From: Candidatus Omnitrophota bacterium
GTDB lineage: Bacteria; Omnitrophota; Gorgyraeia; Zapsychrales; Fredricksoniimonadaceae
Reading direction: 5' to 3'
Length of the DNA stretch: 64,000 bases
Assembly (NCBI GenBank): GCA_028870995.1
Contig: JAGWOI010000003.1
Coordinates: forward strand, 39,955 to 103,954
The notes under the pieces are model-generated. The model was not told the DNA's origin. It saw only the letters and a program-made list of their open reading frames with translations, and did no database searches. The position numbers and the translations under genes were made by a program. This document shows positions 37,901-44,233 of the stretch, piece by piece. Each line of letters opens with the position of its first letter. Position 1 is the first letter of the stretch.

Positions 37901-38085
37901 GCGGTATTGACCTTTCCAAAACAAGGGTCAAAGTCAGTGCCAGGAGTACACCCATTAAAATCAGCTACGATGATCCCGCTTTATTGCGTTTGTTGTTGAA
38001 TGCCGATGGGCTTGCCCCTATAATTTATAGCGTAAGAACAATGACCCCATCCATGGCTGATCATTTTGTAGGTTTGGACTATTGA
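22966..38085 (+). CDS. giant (5,039 aa) secreted / polytopic membrane protein of unknown function
   Basis: A single uninterrupted 15,120-nt ORF in the ORF track. It has an N-terminal signal peptide (MIKANKTPLVWLVILAFSVNTLITGPVFA). There are no internal stops, and none of the ORFs on the other frames or strand exceeds 173 aa. The amino-acid composition is ordinary along its whole length. Domain hints are given in the findings. An RBS-like AAGAAAG lies upstream. Confidence 0.7.
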   Translation: MIKANKTPLVWLVILAFSVNTLITGPVFADVPFLPAPGRLVPLTPSFSPPIILGLKVFKNNPFKFEFVMSEGDRAPGPDSVARRAFLKAEGDKLVKYFLASLTIPQKDMWVNLSPYEHDRIIAPEFGITEMGKQMLAQDYLLKQVTASVMYPNGAVGREFWGKIYREAYKRFGTTNIPVSTFNKVWILPDKAEVYENQVDNTAVIIKSSLKVMLEEDYLALRKSSLPGEVHKDSSADRQLSNELIRQIILPLIEKEVNTGKNFAGLRQVYNSLILAFWYKNKLKESLISKGYVNRKKIHGVEVKDKNIDEEIYRQYLKSYKKGVYNFIKEEVDPSTQETIPRKYFSGGIVWDNLGRQMSTVFGRDSAQAASLILKSAKTFELTVGLEEIQHASSGNPLYLDLNSITSSKPLFSAQDITRLNEAITDTRNFLEPEPVEDAAMLGTTTRRWAAALVGLALLAGANTVYAKGAYDPMPQQPAATNGLSATSAPSTAPSTAADLNHLLSNTVTNAVNPLQMPGPQALTNTTANANPTNQMSANDRDKFALDLRNDQNWTKLQDTLLSPDAPYFVIVNTSKTNTYSIIRSFDKWLGDGSGHDPQSYIDFVYGSGSSPDNQPNVTFKIRVPPPASQGKVDISTIDSWTQIVNPDQIKQIQLDRKTIYVQVFWKDKDGHAQSGVVYAGPKAALTVQHMMNDAQLDNDLTQKILKITSIPDYEEQINTILKTSGLPEAGTNDVSKEGGIIVGAYVQRDQFGSITSVTGWIHARDIDTQIVKGTDDKPHLVLYNNGKDPQILKYWPYGQDIDVFSVLTPAELNMLHDPQTADLALNKYLYNLGGSPLERGGIVFGKNKYIKKMMEVEAQKAIAEHDKQATKEYLHYLKVSEKADLLFSAASGGLSAVGINAPVNAVGDILVDMKYQPEKIGQYVPTAEELQQLFNEYNAQQPKEDQVVLKNGRFETVKGFYTQRDIELLDGWLVKRNKEKTAAFILQQVSRMAVIASYYTPTKTKSSGAYRFQVPENDALYHFLAQDVGSFLGEFNVAGLYNTVSSHGLQYVSLGNLLNKGSFLNKLTSVLGVTINGQSLINEITGRKVFELAPSKTRINFYVLGFPISHFFEEDLVANIDKILNDRDSYAFIVKDGHFRSVAVAFTKDQFQALYKSAVPIGKISNISPVDGRPMSVPVYEVETISPSGEHIHQTMVFTLKALEQAGLDVRRDLERYDNFTKMLNEGGAVFHYGSDGGTLSQNIYTGLFKSFSQQGMDDFPSAYTFDQAGADRFFIEMGNFQSAKWNLDFFFDVMKAQLKLSGQFQGLSKSYNAYNGADASDQPDIGGTSMMAQTIMAYEKSTGDKKYHLLLTESIKWLLKVQKENGGKALPDTPGGHLFNPEPNAIAFAALHNFGTIYNDKDALLAADQIRQWAAGLWDKENFLIKSPNGNYPADNNTRWLQALGPKAFMETFLDNDPVKLGKFLRAMEKTFGVTVINYHTGQTVHLLDLADQQKADGRLTNDQHTPNHRIGFPEVTAEFLQGLIDSRPYLTREDAAFADQLIAKYSGQLQAMTDRNGNLPQATDKGKDSGYNGLTILGNHSLASGVQYQFMVLGLDPLHLDGPRGNALGLKPDKIEIPPVLSFNTLNQGAVIKPGETNYLQMSRYFNQLIIDEHAHHNRNLIYHDPINNLHFVYINTADHIVDARLIPSPKEIQKQVVLAGEDAQMTALKSQALNGQGAFPHGGVIFQTPDGKRLGMLRGVEGQSDAVEDVLSAVGQLPVQEQSFINYKGFSNFMLHNYKVDGVHQDVMVTVVFPLHKSIVHDVKDDHNVITTSIYEGGRLRFIINDNTTTVMNYDDATGVESTTTSYHNFAGGREAMVKMLSDSSKPLAERQALFNGQHPSNKTTTVWAGYIDPTLSMDRVDPNEVWIIKRSTNLDTGHVTTQGYGLFTRPVWEADQFTVTENHFDQSGSFTHAEQFQNTGTLQTPQKGQELFEIKVLDPNEIKGLPQQFTEKQQQAHQSLVYKKDVIHGTESLMVMDNENYGRYTAKYTADQFTNPEGQTSKLSTVLIPEYRPDFMGGQVPYVTREYSGAGKLMKESLTISIDAVTQVTTVQEKNMRTGEVIEKNIEPLFGNSLTESKMDSLGRQEIVSNVYSNDYLHVSSTTVIGGTLAVETKGTYNQAAQQWTLEQTRWNYSRNAQQEKVPVKYETVRSVLSAGGHLIYEDTMFPQNVYEINGHTYTENDRRFIPEYDVNGNISRSTEGIIANGVFTPKEIMEYSDYGDFFAARQSFTKRIINGKEIIYSTSRLLTTPAEYQKSGKLRFEVTSKVYDKADDPATWIETTDRDGHLVEKSLQVYDGQNLVGEQVTSFSNFNVQNIPAQSTTFIRQGAANEVLSTSIDKTSLEEARLGLERTEITNQFNGLVRQELRDRRGRVIENDIEGVDPVTGRQEVQRKTVFYNFNEFDIAVDSVTKSLLEGTFTPYTTSKLLSDYNDILTNHSIRFHVHNDFLSSTANSVDWQEVKDYHGHVIELDKGHMNPNGQFEATRKITSTYQGIPGLIDVANSTRTVMVIDGKPGLLTDQSHLITAHGVTIDAHNINTIPAQDIFNGVHKVRYQGISYFTELEGMTSTDRDYQEIRNSLGNVEVTLFGTVDPQGHFNKNRSLYRVYGTTENNFSNFDIAKATVTTVGDKGHEEVVSYSNNTHITDDDRYLIYKTKKGLGAQGLVLTNDVFANLGAITAQVSGPEHQLDLTHLTETISQVKDSEGRVIFTFSGFPSLNINGFGTGNPVFVTVNQYQENRISQPVAAHSQTYFWKKAMGDYDPTDNFNQLKNYIHNNHPTVIASLDNLMFDKGVATYKTDDMREVGLRTVSMRLDGTMYRNSYQGSGVDGPALFNLYFDEHELPSYGMEIGPSGIEKPFSIYRPTLFNYGTNLVPYVLIDEFRSPEKGANNEFDFQNQKPHASILMHNGTIQLVRTGSAVRTTPFSSMFSLGDLERNGVFGKAVRLIHETDPEKIMDAGHQQAQSGTAQSYVSSSAKKITFEQETWGQKAAWLGQQAGFLLGSLGFMYAVVLAARIFGFSTSSLRSLRKKDINSASQQNFEDLGFTKEQSQIILDERFRNGAFLSHQDFKDRLGVKLSSAHKLSEKWLPKMIAKARFWLAMQEVSWANGEVPAEKRFNTQDSLRLAAAADDSVVDFMAELKGLYGLKPEQQASYESALRMFGKYLKAEQLRDIVNTPHFRSLVDHYSKQRAAEVILKLMFEKIRDNQDYKNAVRQRVDDIISSTGMGREFPDQIFALKDTFLKNIENARLLPEGLRFHDFDISTDLLAYSWDDLRKGPDMERQVRSDLVSIEKLFVFQVIFQRALFGLAGQGRAEEYLWAKYVWPSINKRQALNDPDILQKIKAFKQVFHALLLDEVNKRLEGNRDPKGKVLYFQNIVNEEVYNDAFRYLLGQKDPTLADAGWTLSDDVKKKTAPIREKLEKALADINEVIELPSEQRAEEVKTKAEKIKPLVLAYVGAVDQQIGMPVLKGRLSYWQLTVNPLLKILGNKKMRQRIFSKGGPYNQSAHDLVRRLNHYIIFGSVAVMFAGLTLNLFSVFPFMVPPSFIMAPWSPLLAGAAATVTSFVGSWLVKKRLISSLNKKLKNVNEEQNKGKNKEQQEKVIKSFGSKVKYLYLAQAGLVLGSLLLMPTLAPALTAWLGIAPQMLPVAPFIRFAIHLIPVMIFIDTWRLSFYAMNHLVSAMALQQYYATNNVYEINNKSRTDKITGRLMALFKDTAPALGTVYKTRGQERLASFVNVVDEMTSEKDNYFFAKNIDKQGKSSLTAKLSQLAGELVDAQGKPDADKIRDLQEEIETFVEKVAIPINVEGKTAAKSEKLGLQKLVDFVNHNYRLDKGANPSTWGHVIPTTVAIIGYSEDWYFTNGELLDINRGTFEESTIIGKFENSTTGHDVLDKLLKHGILLQEGLMSRKEEFKRKVRVNVDLSDKEIKQIALNAGIDESDFNKIAPLLKEWRDAQNEAQEFTHRLGMLAKYKTELFLLMVNRLTKPDSLERTELLKMIDDPTHVPEGILDWEIWPQIQEWANLQLPTGYANAVTQKRTLMRLYTHYARIFGVANPEAAAEEKIRVIDRNLMAMDALNKVLIHAVAKTTFIKEFTQGEQIFNWLMGKGYFYNEGKKQNPPVPPVDGLPKPLTADSKKKLKEQFPGDYERIVPILEEAGRGRLREMLDVLIETGYQDTYKVYPDGTSRGVKDPYKLIKDNQDRIMGGIDKIRYDIDMLTKLMDSIKYDRLFPARLKGGGVDTADLLTGENYHGAKWNQKTAILPFLVGPVILNLDADHRANYVDYESLPNHLLDYNYWPGLAVSTPIVKHTLTKGLGVFGNILPVSENAFYYHAQQAKELFGGLTATGKLFERVSALRHSEGVTDSYVAEDALSAINYRRFGYVTGRAGAVKVEKGWPFSFAAASTPTRKWSYDSVESVSGRTAMKVYMSPLVDWPFLVNNFWLDGFGFYFKKPGIVRYLRWLVAFYLVMDWNLFSNIPLSMWVGSMMLSQSISQGLFFYKIFDESRGYVKGTLSALGSIAARMYSYFVHQVFVFEETVGKLAPNRLGKFLSTASKGSNQTRIQNKDLMYVRSNYAIKSASVMAGVTLTLIGLSLKKSGLWALTLGMGFAGVAAPFLLNPVRIRKRVKDNFSNGKDIGGAFVWGLTDNVEMLMYYLSGLLARVGIKSFRSTEDDLQIKVLDMVQARVSQPLDKIPTGKWGTTFKEAFGQQAEAAAELAEYIYLFHQKPSHYRSMYGRSVLPAVNGLLKILANNPGKEGTDYSKKILGDELGAYKEALGVRFKEVKQYLEVFKHAKGYEKMVRDAEKQLAKADEILKKTSPSAKQLNRADWLLTQLSWIPMRIQRQPGTISKLRDQFLNTMIGVDAVSQLVAFAWLPLRLFLDRITRTPKTVENEKKALEIPKSTVVPLAPKAAEDKAMASSPKPAGVNRIAKITNPGGIDLSKTRVKVSARSTPIKISYDDPALLRLLLNADGLAPIIYSVRTMTPSMADHFVGLDY

Positions 38086-38121
38086 GAGGCCGTTTATTAA
38101 TTTAAATAAGGAAGGAGTCCC

Positions 38122-38430
38122 ATGAAATTGACATTAAAGAAGATATCCATAAAATCGTTTACCGTTATTTTCGCTTCCATCAATGTCATTGCCGGCTTTA
38201 TTTTAGGGACCATCGTTACCATCGTCTCCCTTGTGTCGCCGCCTGAACAGGGGGCAAGCCAGGCTGGTGTCTGGGCCATCCTTCTTTTCCCTATCTTCAA
38301 CGGTCTTTTGGGTTTGGCCACGAGTGCCTTTTTGGCCGGGCTTTATAACCTGCTGGCCGGCTGGATAGGTGGTGTGGAAATGGAATACGAGGCCAAAGAG
38401 ACTCCTTCGACGCAGGAACAAGTTAAATAA
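38122..38430 (+). CDS. small 2-TM membrane protein
   Basis: 102 aa with RBS AAGGAAGGAG. There are two hydrophobic helices (FTVIFASINVIAGFILGTIVTIVSLV and VWAILLFPIFNGLLGLATSAFLAGL) and an acidic C-tail. Confidence 0.5.
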   Translation: MKLTLKKISIKSFTVIFASINVIAGFILGTIVTIVSLVSPPEQGASQAGVWAILLFPIFNGLLGLATSAFLAGLYNLLAGWIGGVEMEYEAKETPSTQEQVK

Positions 38431-38468
38431 AATCAGTGAATCTGACTCCTAAATATCCGCAGGATAAA

Positions 38469-39221
38469 ATGGTGCCTTTAAATCGATGTTTGCCGGGTGT
38501 TCTTTTCCTGTTTGTCTTCAGCGCGGCGCCGGCCCATGCCATGATGATCATGAAGGTCCAGCAGATGAAGGCCATGAGGGAGCGTCAAGCCCAGCAGGCC
38601 CGGTACCAGCAGTACCAGGAATATCAGCAGGGTATGTCCCAAGGTCAGCAGCAGGCCCAGGCCATGAATGCCGAGCAGGCCTATCAACAGCAGATCGATA
38701 ACCGCAATCAGGCCATAGCCCAGGCCATTATCGGTGCACACAACAAAGTCGTTTCAGAGCCAAGCCCGCCGGTAAGATACGCCCAGGCCCAGCAGGCACC
38801 TGCTTACGCGCCCGGGCCGACGCCTTCACCGGCCGTCTCCGGCGAAGCAGCGGGGCCTCAAGAGACCGTCGATCTGGCCGAGGTGTGGAAAAAGCTTGAT
38901 CAGAGATCGACCATATGGACCGCCATCCTCGACGATAACGCCAAGCTTCTGACGGTTTCGGAATACATCGGCCGTTTCCAGAAAGAAGGCGTCAAGATCA
39001 GCGCGCCCCCGGAACACTACGTGAAGCTGTTGGACCAGTTGGCCCAGCAAAACCCCCAAATGTTGGACAAGCCTTTCGGCGAGTTGATCCAGATCCTGGC
39101 CATCATTGATTATGATTTCGATAACGGGATGGACAAGGACGCCCTGGCCAAGGCGGTGCTGGGGCCCCAGGGTTATGAACAGAACAAGAAACGATTCGCC
39201 CAGGCCCAACAGTCTTCATGA
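38469..39221 (+). CDS. secreted Gln-rich low-complexity protein
   Basis: Signal peptide MVPLNRCLPGVLFLFVFSAAPAHA↓MM, then a Q/A/M-rich tract (…RERQAQQARYQQYQEYQQGMSQGQQQAQAMNAEQAYQQQIDNRNQ…) and a globular C-terminal half. The track's 38436 start is a GTG immediately after the previous stop. The ATG at 38469 is preferred. Confidence 0.5.
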   Translation: MVPLNRCLPGVLFLFVFSAAPAHAMMIMKVQQMKAMRERQAQQARYQQYQEYQQGMSQGQQQAQAMNAEQAYQQQIDNRNQAIAQAIIGAHNKVVSEPSPPVRYAQAQQAPAYAPGPTPSPAVSGEAAGPQETVDLAEVWKKLDQRSTIWTAILDDNAKLLTVSEYIGRFQKEGVKISAPPEHYVKLLDQLAQQNPQMLDKPFGELIQILAIIDYDFDNGMDKDALAKAVLGPQGYEQNKKRFAQAQQSS

Positions 39222-40696
39222 AAAAATACATCCTATCGATTGATCAGGGAACGACCGGCTCCAGGGCCTTTGTTTTTGATGCCCGGGGCCGTGTCCTGCA
39301 AAGCGCCTACCAGGAGTTCAGGCAATATTATCCCAAACCCGGCTGGGTGGAGCACGATGCCTTGGAGATCTGGCACAGCGTTGAGGCTGTCATCCGGCGG
39401 GCGGTAGCCAAGGCACGCATTGATCCCAGGGCCGTTGCCGCCATCGGCATCACCAATCAGCGGGAGACCACCGTTCTTTGGGACCGCCGTTCCTCCGAGC
39501 CTTGTTACCAGGCCATTGTCTGGCAGTGCCGGCGCACGGCCGAAGCCTGTGCCCGGCTTAAGAAGCAGGAGTCCTTGATCCGCCGGACAACAGGACTGGT
39601 GGCGGATGCCTATTTTTCCGGCACTAAAATCCAATGGATCCTGGACCATGTGCCTGGTTTGCGGCGTAAGGCCCTGCGCGGCCGGATCGCCTTCGGTACC
39701 GTCGACAGCTGGCTTATCTATAAATTGACCAAGGGGGCTGCCCACGTCACGGACCTGACCAATGCCAGCCGGACGCTGATTTTTGACATCAACACCAAGT
39801 CCTGGAGCAAGCCCCTGTTAAAACTGATGGACGTTCCGGAACAGATTTTGCCCAAGGTGCTTCCATCATCATCGGTATTTGGATATACCACCCAGGGGGT
39901 GGCCGGATTGCCGGCCGGTATTCCCATCGCCGCGGTGATGGGGGACCAGCAGGCGGCGCTATACGGGCAGGGATGCTTTGCGCCGGGCTCCGTCAAGAAC
40001 ACCTACGGCACGGGTTGTTTCATGCTGCTTAATTGCGGTGCCAAGCGCACTTTTTCAAGGAATGGGCTTTTGACGACGCTGGGCTGCGATGCCGTAGGTA
40101 AGCCCGTGTATGTGCTGGAAGGGGCGGTATTCATCGCCGGCGCTGTGATCCAGTGGCTGCGGGATGAATTAAAGGTGATCAAAGATTCAGCGTCGAGCGA
40201 GAAGGCTGTTGCAGGGCTTGAAGGGACCCAGGGCGTGTATTTGGTGCCGGCCTTTGTGGGATTGGGCGCGCCTTATTGGAATGCCGATGCCCGGGGAATC
40301 ATCACCGGCCTTACCCGGGGGACAAACACGTCTCACATCATAAGGGCGGCGCTGGAATCCATGGCGTATCAGACCAAGGACGTCTTTGATGTGATGAGCA
40401 AGGAATCAGGCCTGCGGATAAAATCGCTGGCCGTGGACGGAGGCGCCTGCCGCAACAATTTCCTCATGCAATTCCAAGCCGATATGCTGAGCGTTCCCCT
40501 GATGAGGCCGGCCATGGTCGATTCCACTGCTGCCGGGGCCGCCTATCTGGCCGGGGTCACCATCGGTCTATGGGACCCCAAGCAGGTGCTTAAGATCAAG
40601 GCCATCGAACGCACGTTCAAGCCGCGCATGCCTCGCAAAGAAACGGCAGCCAAGTATGCCGGCTGGCAGCATGCGGTGCGGCAAGCCTTAGCATAA
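39218..40696 (+). CDS. glpK: glycerol kinase
   Basis: 492 aa, MKKYILSIDQGTTGSRAFVFD… FGGY sugar-kinase signature. Confidence 0.9.
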   Translation: MKKYILSIDQGTTGSRAFVFDARGRVLQSAYQEFRQYYPKPGWVEHDALEIWHSVEAVIRRAVAKARIDPRAVAAIGITNQRETTVLWDRRSSEPCYQAIVWQCRRTAEACARLKKQESLIRRTTGLVADAYFSGTKIQWILDHVPGLRRKALRGRIAFGTVDSWLIYKLTKGAAHVTDLTNASRTLIFDINTKSWSKPLLKLMDVPEQILPKVLPSSSVFGYTTQGVAGLPAGIPIAAVMGDQQAALYGQGCFAPGSVKNTYGTGCFMLLNCGAKRTFSRNGLLTTLGCDAVGKPVYVLEGAVFIAGAVIQWLRDELKVIKDSASSEKAVAGLEGTQGVYLVPAFVGLGAPYWNADARGIITGLTRGTNTSHIIRAALESMAYQTKDVFDVMSKESGLRIKSLAVDGGACRNNFLMQFQADMLSVPLMRPAMVDSTAAGAAYLAGVTIGLWDPKQVLKIKAIERTFKPRMPRKETAAKYAGWQHAVRQALA

Positions 40697-40716
40697 TACC
40701 TGTGTAATCCTTAATT

Positions 40717-42219
40717 ATGATCCGTGATATAGCGCGTCTAACTAAAAACAAATTCGATCTGCTTGTTGTCGGGGGAGGGATCAACGGGGCGGCTGCGGCG
40801 CACCTGGCAGCGGCCAGCGGTGCCAGTGTTGCGCTGTTGGAAAAAGGCGACTGGGCCAGCGGCACTTCATCCAAGTCAACCAAGCTTTTACACGGCGGCA
40901 TCCGTTACCTGGAACATTTCGAATTCGACCTGGTGGCCGAATCCCTTAAGGAGCGCTTTATCCAATGGCAGGCGGCGCCTCATCTGGTCAAGCCCCTGCC
41001 CTTCGTGGTCCCCGTCTATAAAGGCGATCCCCGGCCTTTGTGGATGATGCAAGCCGGAGTTCGGCTGTATGACTTCTTAAGCGGCGAACGGCGGATCGGC
41101 GATCACCGCTTCCTGTCCGCGGCAGATGTCATGGCTTTGGCGCCGGGCATCAATCCCGACGGGCTCTGCGGCGCGGTTGAATACATGGACGCGCAGATGG
41201 ACGATGCCAGGATCTGCCTGGAGAATGTCTTGATGGCGGACCTGCGCGGGGCCGTGGCCGCCAATTATGTCGAGGTCGAGAGCTTCATCAAGAATGAGCG
41301 CCGCCAGGCCACGGGAGTGCATGCCCGGGATATTTTAAGCGGCGCCCAATTGCAAATTTTTGCTTCCACGATCATCGTGACCGCGGGCCCCTGGACGGAT
41401 CAAATTACGGCCAAGGATGTGCCCCACGCGGTCCGGCGGCTGCGCCCCACCAAGGGGGTCCACCTGGTTTACCGGGGCGAGATCTCTTCCCATGCTTTTT
41501 TGCTGCAGAGCCGGAGGGACCGGCGCATTTTTTTTGTGATCCCCTTTAAAGGCAATACCCTGATCGGCACGACGGACACGGATTTCAATCAAAGTCCGGA
41601 CAAGGTGGAAGTTCAAGACAGCGACATTCAATATTTGCTGCAGGAGGCCGGCCGGGTTTTTCCCCACATCAGTTTTGACCGCTCCCAAATCATCACCACC
41701 TTTGCCGGCATCCGGCCGCTGGTGGCGGACAAAGGCAACCCCTCCCGTATTTCCAGGAAACACGTCATTGAGAAACACGCCTCCGGCATTTATTATGTCA
41801 TGGGCGGCAAGTACACCACCTACCGGGCCATCGCCCGGGAGGCCGTTTTAAAGGCCATGCCCCAGCTGGCGCCGAAGATACCGTACGGCGGTCAATATGT
41901 GCTCTACGGCAGCGGCGGCAACGAAGAACTTAAGATCTTAAGCCAGCGCCTGGAGGTGCCTTTGGAGCTGGCCAAATATTTACAGGGCATCTACGGCAGC
42001 CGCTGGGTGGATGTTTGGGAGATGGCGCGGGGCAATCCGGCGCTAAAACAACGGATCTGTTCCTGTTCACAGGCCATCGCCGCCCAGGTTGTTTACAGCC
42101 GCCAGGTGGAAATGGCGCAGAACACCGGCGATATTATCGAACGAAGGCTGGGCCTGACCTACCTGGATTGCCCCACCAAGGCCTGCCGGCGGGCCATTGA
42201 AGAAATTTTCAAAGCATGA
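40717..42219 (+). CDS. glpD: FAD-dependent glycerol-3-phosphate dehydrogenase
   Basis: 500 aa. FAD-binding DLLVVGGGINGAAAAHLAA…GTSSKSTKLLHGGIRYLE. Confidence 0.85.
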   Translation: MIRDIARLTKNKFDLLVVGGGINGAAAAHLAAASGASVALLEKGDWASGTSSKSTKLLHGGIRYLEHFEFDLVAESLKERFIQWQAAPHLVKPLPFVVPVYKGDPRPLWMMQAGVRLYDFLSGERRIGDHRFLSAADVMALAPGINPDGLCGAVEYMDAQMDDARICLENVLMADLRGAVAANYVEVESFIKNERRQATGVHARDILSGAQLQIFASTIIVTAGPWTDQITAKDVPHAVRRLRPTKGVHLVYRGEISSHAFLLQSRRDRRIFFVIPFKGNTLIGTTDTDFNQSPDKVEVQDSDIQYLLQEAGRVFPHISFDRSQIITTFAGIRPLVADKGNPSRISRKHVIEKHASGIYYVMGGKYTTYRAIAREAVLKAMPQLAPKIPYGGQYVLYGSGGNEELKILSQRLEVPLELAKYLQGIYGSRWVDVWEMARGNPALKQRICSCSQAIAAQVVYSRQVEMAQNTGDIIERRLGLTYLDCPTKACRRAIEEIFKA

Positions 42220-43142
42220 AAGACTTGGGCCCCCTCATCCATAAAGCCATCCGCCGGCGAGACAGGTTGTCATCCGTCACCAATGCCCTGCGTCTGGTCA
42301 ACGGCCGGGGGGATGGATTGGACGGGTTATTGATCGACCGGTATCACAAGCACCTGCATGTTCAGGTTCTGAATGATCAGTGGCACAAGCAAATCCTTCT
42401 CATCCAAGAGGCCCTGACCGCCGCCTTGGCCGTAGATTATCTGGTAGTCAAAATCCGCCGGGGGCTGCATTTTGAGGCCAAGGAACTGATCACGGGCCCA
42501 TCCCAGACAACGGTCGAGGAGTATGGCGTTAAATTCAAGGTCGATTTAAACGACGGGCTTAATTGCGGTCTTTTTTTGGACATGCGGCACAACCGCCGGC
42601 TGGCCGCCGGGTTTGCCGCAGGCAAAAAGATGCTCAACTGTTTTGCCTACACCTGCTCCTTCGGCGTTCATGCCCGCAAGGCCGGGGCCGCTCAGGTCAT
42701 TAATACGGATATCAGCCGTAAGGTTTTGGAGCGGGGCAAGGACAATTACCGGCTTAACGGCCTGCCGTTTTCCGGCGCAGAATTCTTAAGGGCGGACTCG
42801 GTCTCATTTTTACAGAGGGCAATTAAAAAAGGGCAAACCTATGACCTGGTGATCCTTGATCCTCCTTCCTTTGCCCGCCATGAAGGCAAGGTATTTCAGG
42901 TCAAGCGTGACCTGCCTAAGGCCGTGGCCTTGAGTGCGGCGGTGCTCGAGCCCGGCGGTGCGCTGCTGGTGACGACCAACTACAGCGATCTGAACCATGC
43001 CGGCCTGGAACGCATTCTCTCCCGCGGTCTCAATGGCCGACGGGTGGACGGTATTGAACGGGTGGGGCAGGACGAGGATTTTGTCGGCACCAACAGTTTT
43101 AAGGAAAGTTACATGGTGGGGTTATGGGTCAGGTTCCTTTAG
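42216..43142 (+). CDS. class-I SAM-dependent rRNA methyltransferase, RlmI-like
   Basis: …NALRLVNGRGDGLDGLLIDRYHKHLHVQV… resembles the RlmI N-terminal region (…GEADGLPGLTIDRFGNFLV…). A Rossmann MTase core (LNCFAYTCSFGVHA…YDLVILDPPSFAR) follows. Confidence 0.65.
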   Translation: MKDLGPLIHKAIRRRDRLSSVTNALRLVNGRGDGLDGLLIDRYHKHLHVQVLNDQWHKQILLIQEALTAALAVDYLVVKIRRGLHFEAKELITGPSQTTVEEYGVKFKVDLNDGLNCGLFLDMRHNRRLAAGFAAGKKMLNCFAYTCSFGVHARKAGAAQVINTDISRKVLERGKDNYRLNGLPFSGAEFLRADSVSFLQRAIKKGQTYDLVILDPPSFARHEGKVFQVKRDLPKAVALSAAVLEPGGALLVTTNYSDLNHAGLERILSRGLNGRRVDGIERVGQDEDFVGTNSFKESYMVGLWVRFL

Positions 43143-43825
43143 AGCGCGCCCTCTCCAAGCTGGGCGTGATGTCCCGCGCCGAGACGAGGCGGATGATCGA
43201 AGCCGGCCGCCTGTCGGTCAACGGCAGGGTCATCAAGGACCCGTCATTCTTGGTGATCCCGGAAAAGGTCCGTATCGCCGTCGACAGTAAGCCGGTGGGA
43301 CGGGCCGAGGCCTGCACCATCATGTTGTATAAGCCCAAAGGCCTGGTCACCACCCGGTCGGACGAAAAGGGCCGAAAGACGGTTTATGAGCTTCTGCCGC
43401 CCCGCCTGCAGCACCTCCATCCGGTGGGAAGATTGGACATGGCCACCACCGGTCTTCTGCTGATGACGACCGACACGCAGCTGTCCAATTTTTTGACCGA
43501 CCCCGGCAACGGCATCCCCCGCGTCTATGCCGTTACGGCAAGGGGCAGGATCAGCGGCAACGATATCCGGCGGATGACCAAGGGCATTCCGGACAAGGGG
43601 GAGCTGCTAAAGGCGGCTAAAGCCTCTGTGCGCAAGGCCAGCGGCAAGGAAACTCATCTAATATTGGAATTGAACGAGGGCAAGAACCGGGAGATCCGGC
43701 GCATGATCGAAGCTGTCGGTTCTCAAGTGACCAGCCTCAAGCGCATCGCCTTTGGCAAGCTGACCTTGGGCACGCTTGAGCCGGGCGGATTTAGAGAAGT
43801 TGCCAAGCGGGACATTTTATCTTAA
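43124..43825 (+). CDS. pseudouridine synthase, RsuA/RluB family with S4 domain
   Basis: N-terminal S4 (LERALSKLGVMSRAETRRMIEAGRLSVNGRVI). Catalytic motif HPVGRLDMATTGLLLMTTD. Confidence 0.8.
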   Translation: MGQVPLERALSKLGVMSRAETRRMIEAGRLSVNGRVIKDPSFLVIPEKVRIAVDSKPVGRAEACTIMLYKPKGLVTTRSDEKGRKTVYELLPPRLQHLHPVGRLDMATTGLLLMTTDTQLSNFLTDPGNGIPRVYAVTARGRISGNDIRRMTKGIPDKGELLKAAKASVRKASGKETHLILELNEGKNREIRRMIEAVGSQVTSLKRIAFGKLTLGTLEPGGFREVAKRDILS

Positions 43826-43851
43826 AATGAACATTGAAGGAAGGAGACATC

Positions 43852-44232
43852 ATGAGCAAAACGATCATTAAAACGGACAAAGCGGCCTTGCCGGTAGGCC
43901 CGTACAATCAGGCGGTTGCCGTCGGCAATTTGATCTATACCGCCGGACAGATCCCCTTGGACAAGCAGGGCCATATGGTTGCCGGCGGGGTCAAGGAACA
44001 GACCGAACAGGTGATTCAGAACCTTATCGCCGTTTTGGGCCAGGCGGGGTCTTCCTTGGACAAGGTGGTCAAATCCACCGTTTTTTTGAAGGACCTGAAT
44101 GATTTCGCCGGGATGAATGAAGTGTACGGCAAATATTTCAAAAACGAAACGGCGCCGGCCCGCAGCACCCTGCAGGTGGCCCGCATCCCCAAGGACTCGC
44201 TGGTCGAGATAGAGGTAGTGGCCTATATTTGA
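43852..44232 (+). CDS. ridA: RidA/YjgF family reactive-intermediate deaminase
   Basis: MSKTIIKTDKAALPVGPYNQAVAVGNLIYTAGQIP… ARSTLQVARIPKDSLVEIEVVA. Confidence 0.8.
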   Translation: MSKTIIKTDKAALPVGPYNQAVAVGNLIYTAGQIPLDKQGHMVAGGVKEQTEQVIQNLIAVLGQAGSSLDKVVKSTVFLKDLNDFAGMNEVYGKYFKNETAPARSTLQVARIPKDSLVEIEVVAYI

Positions 44233-44233
44233 T

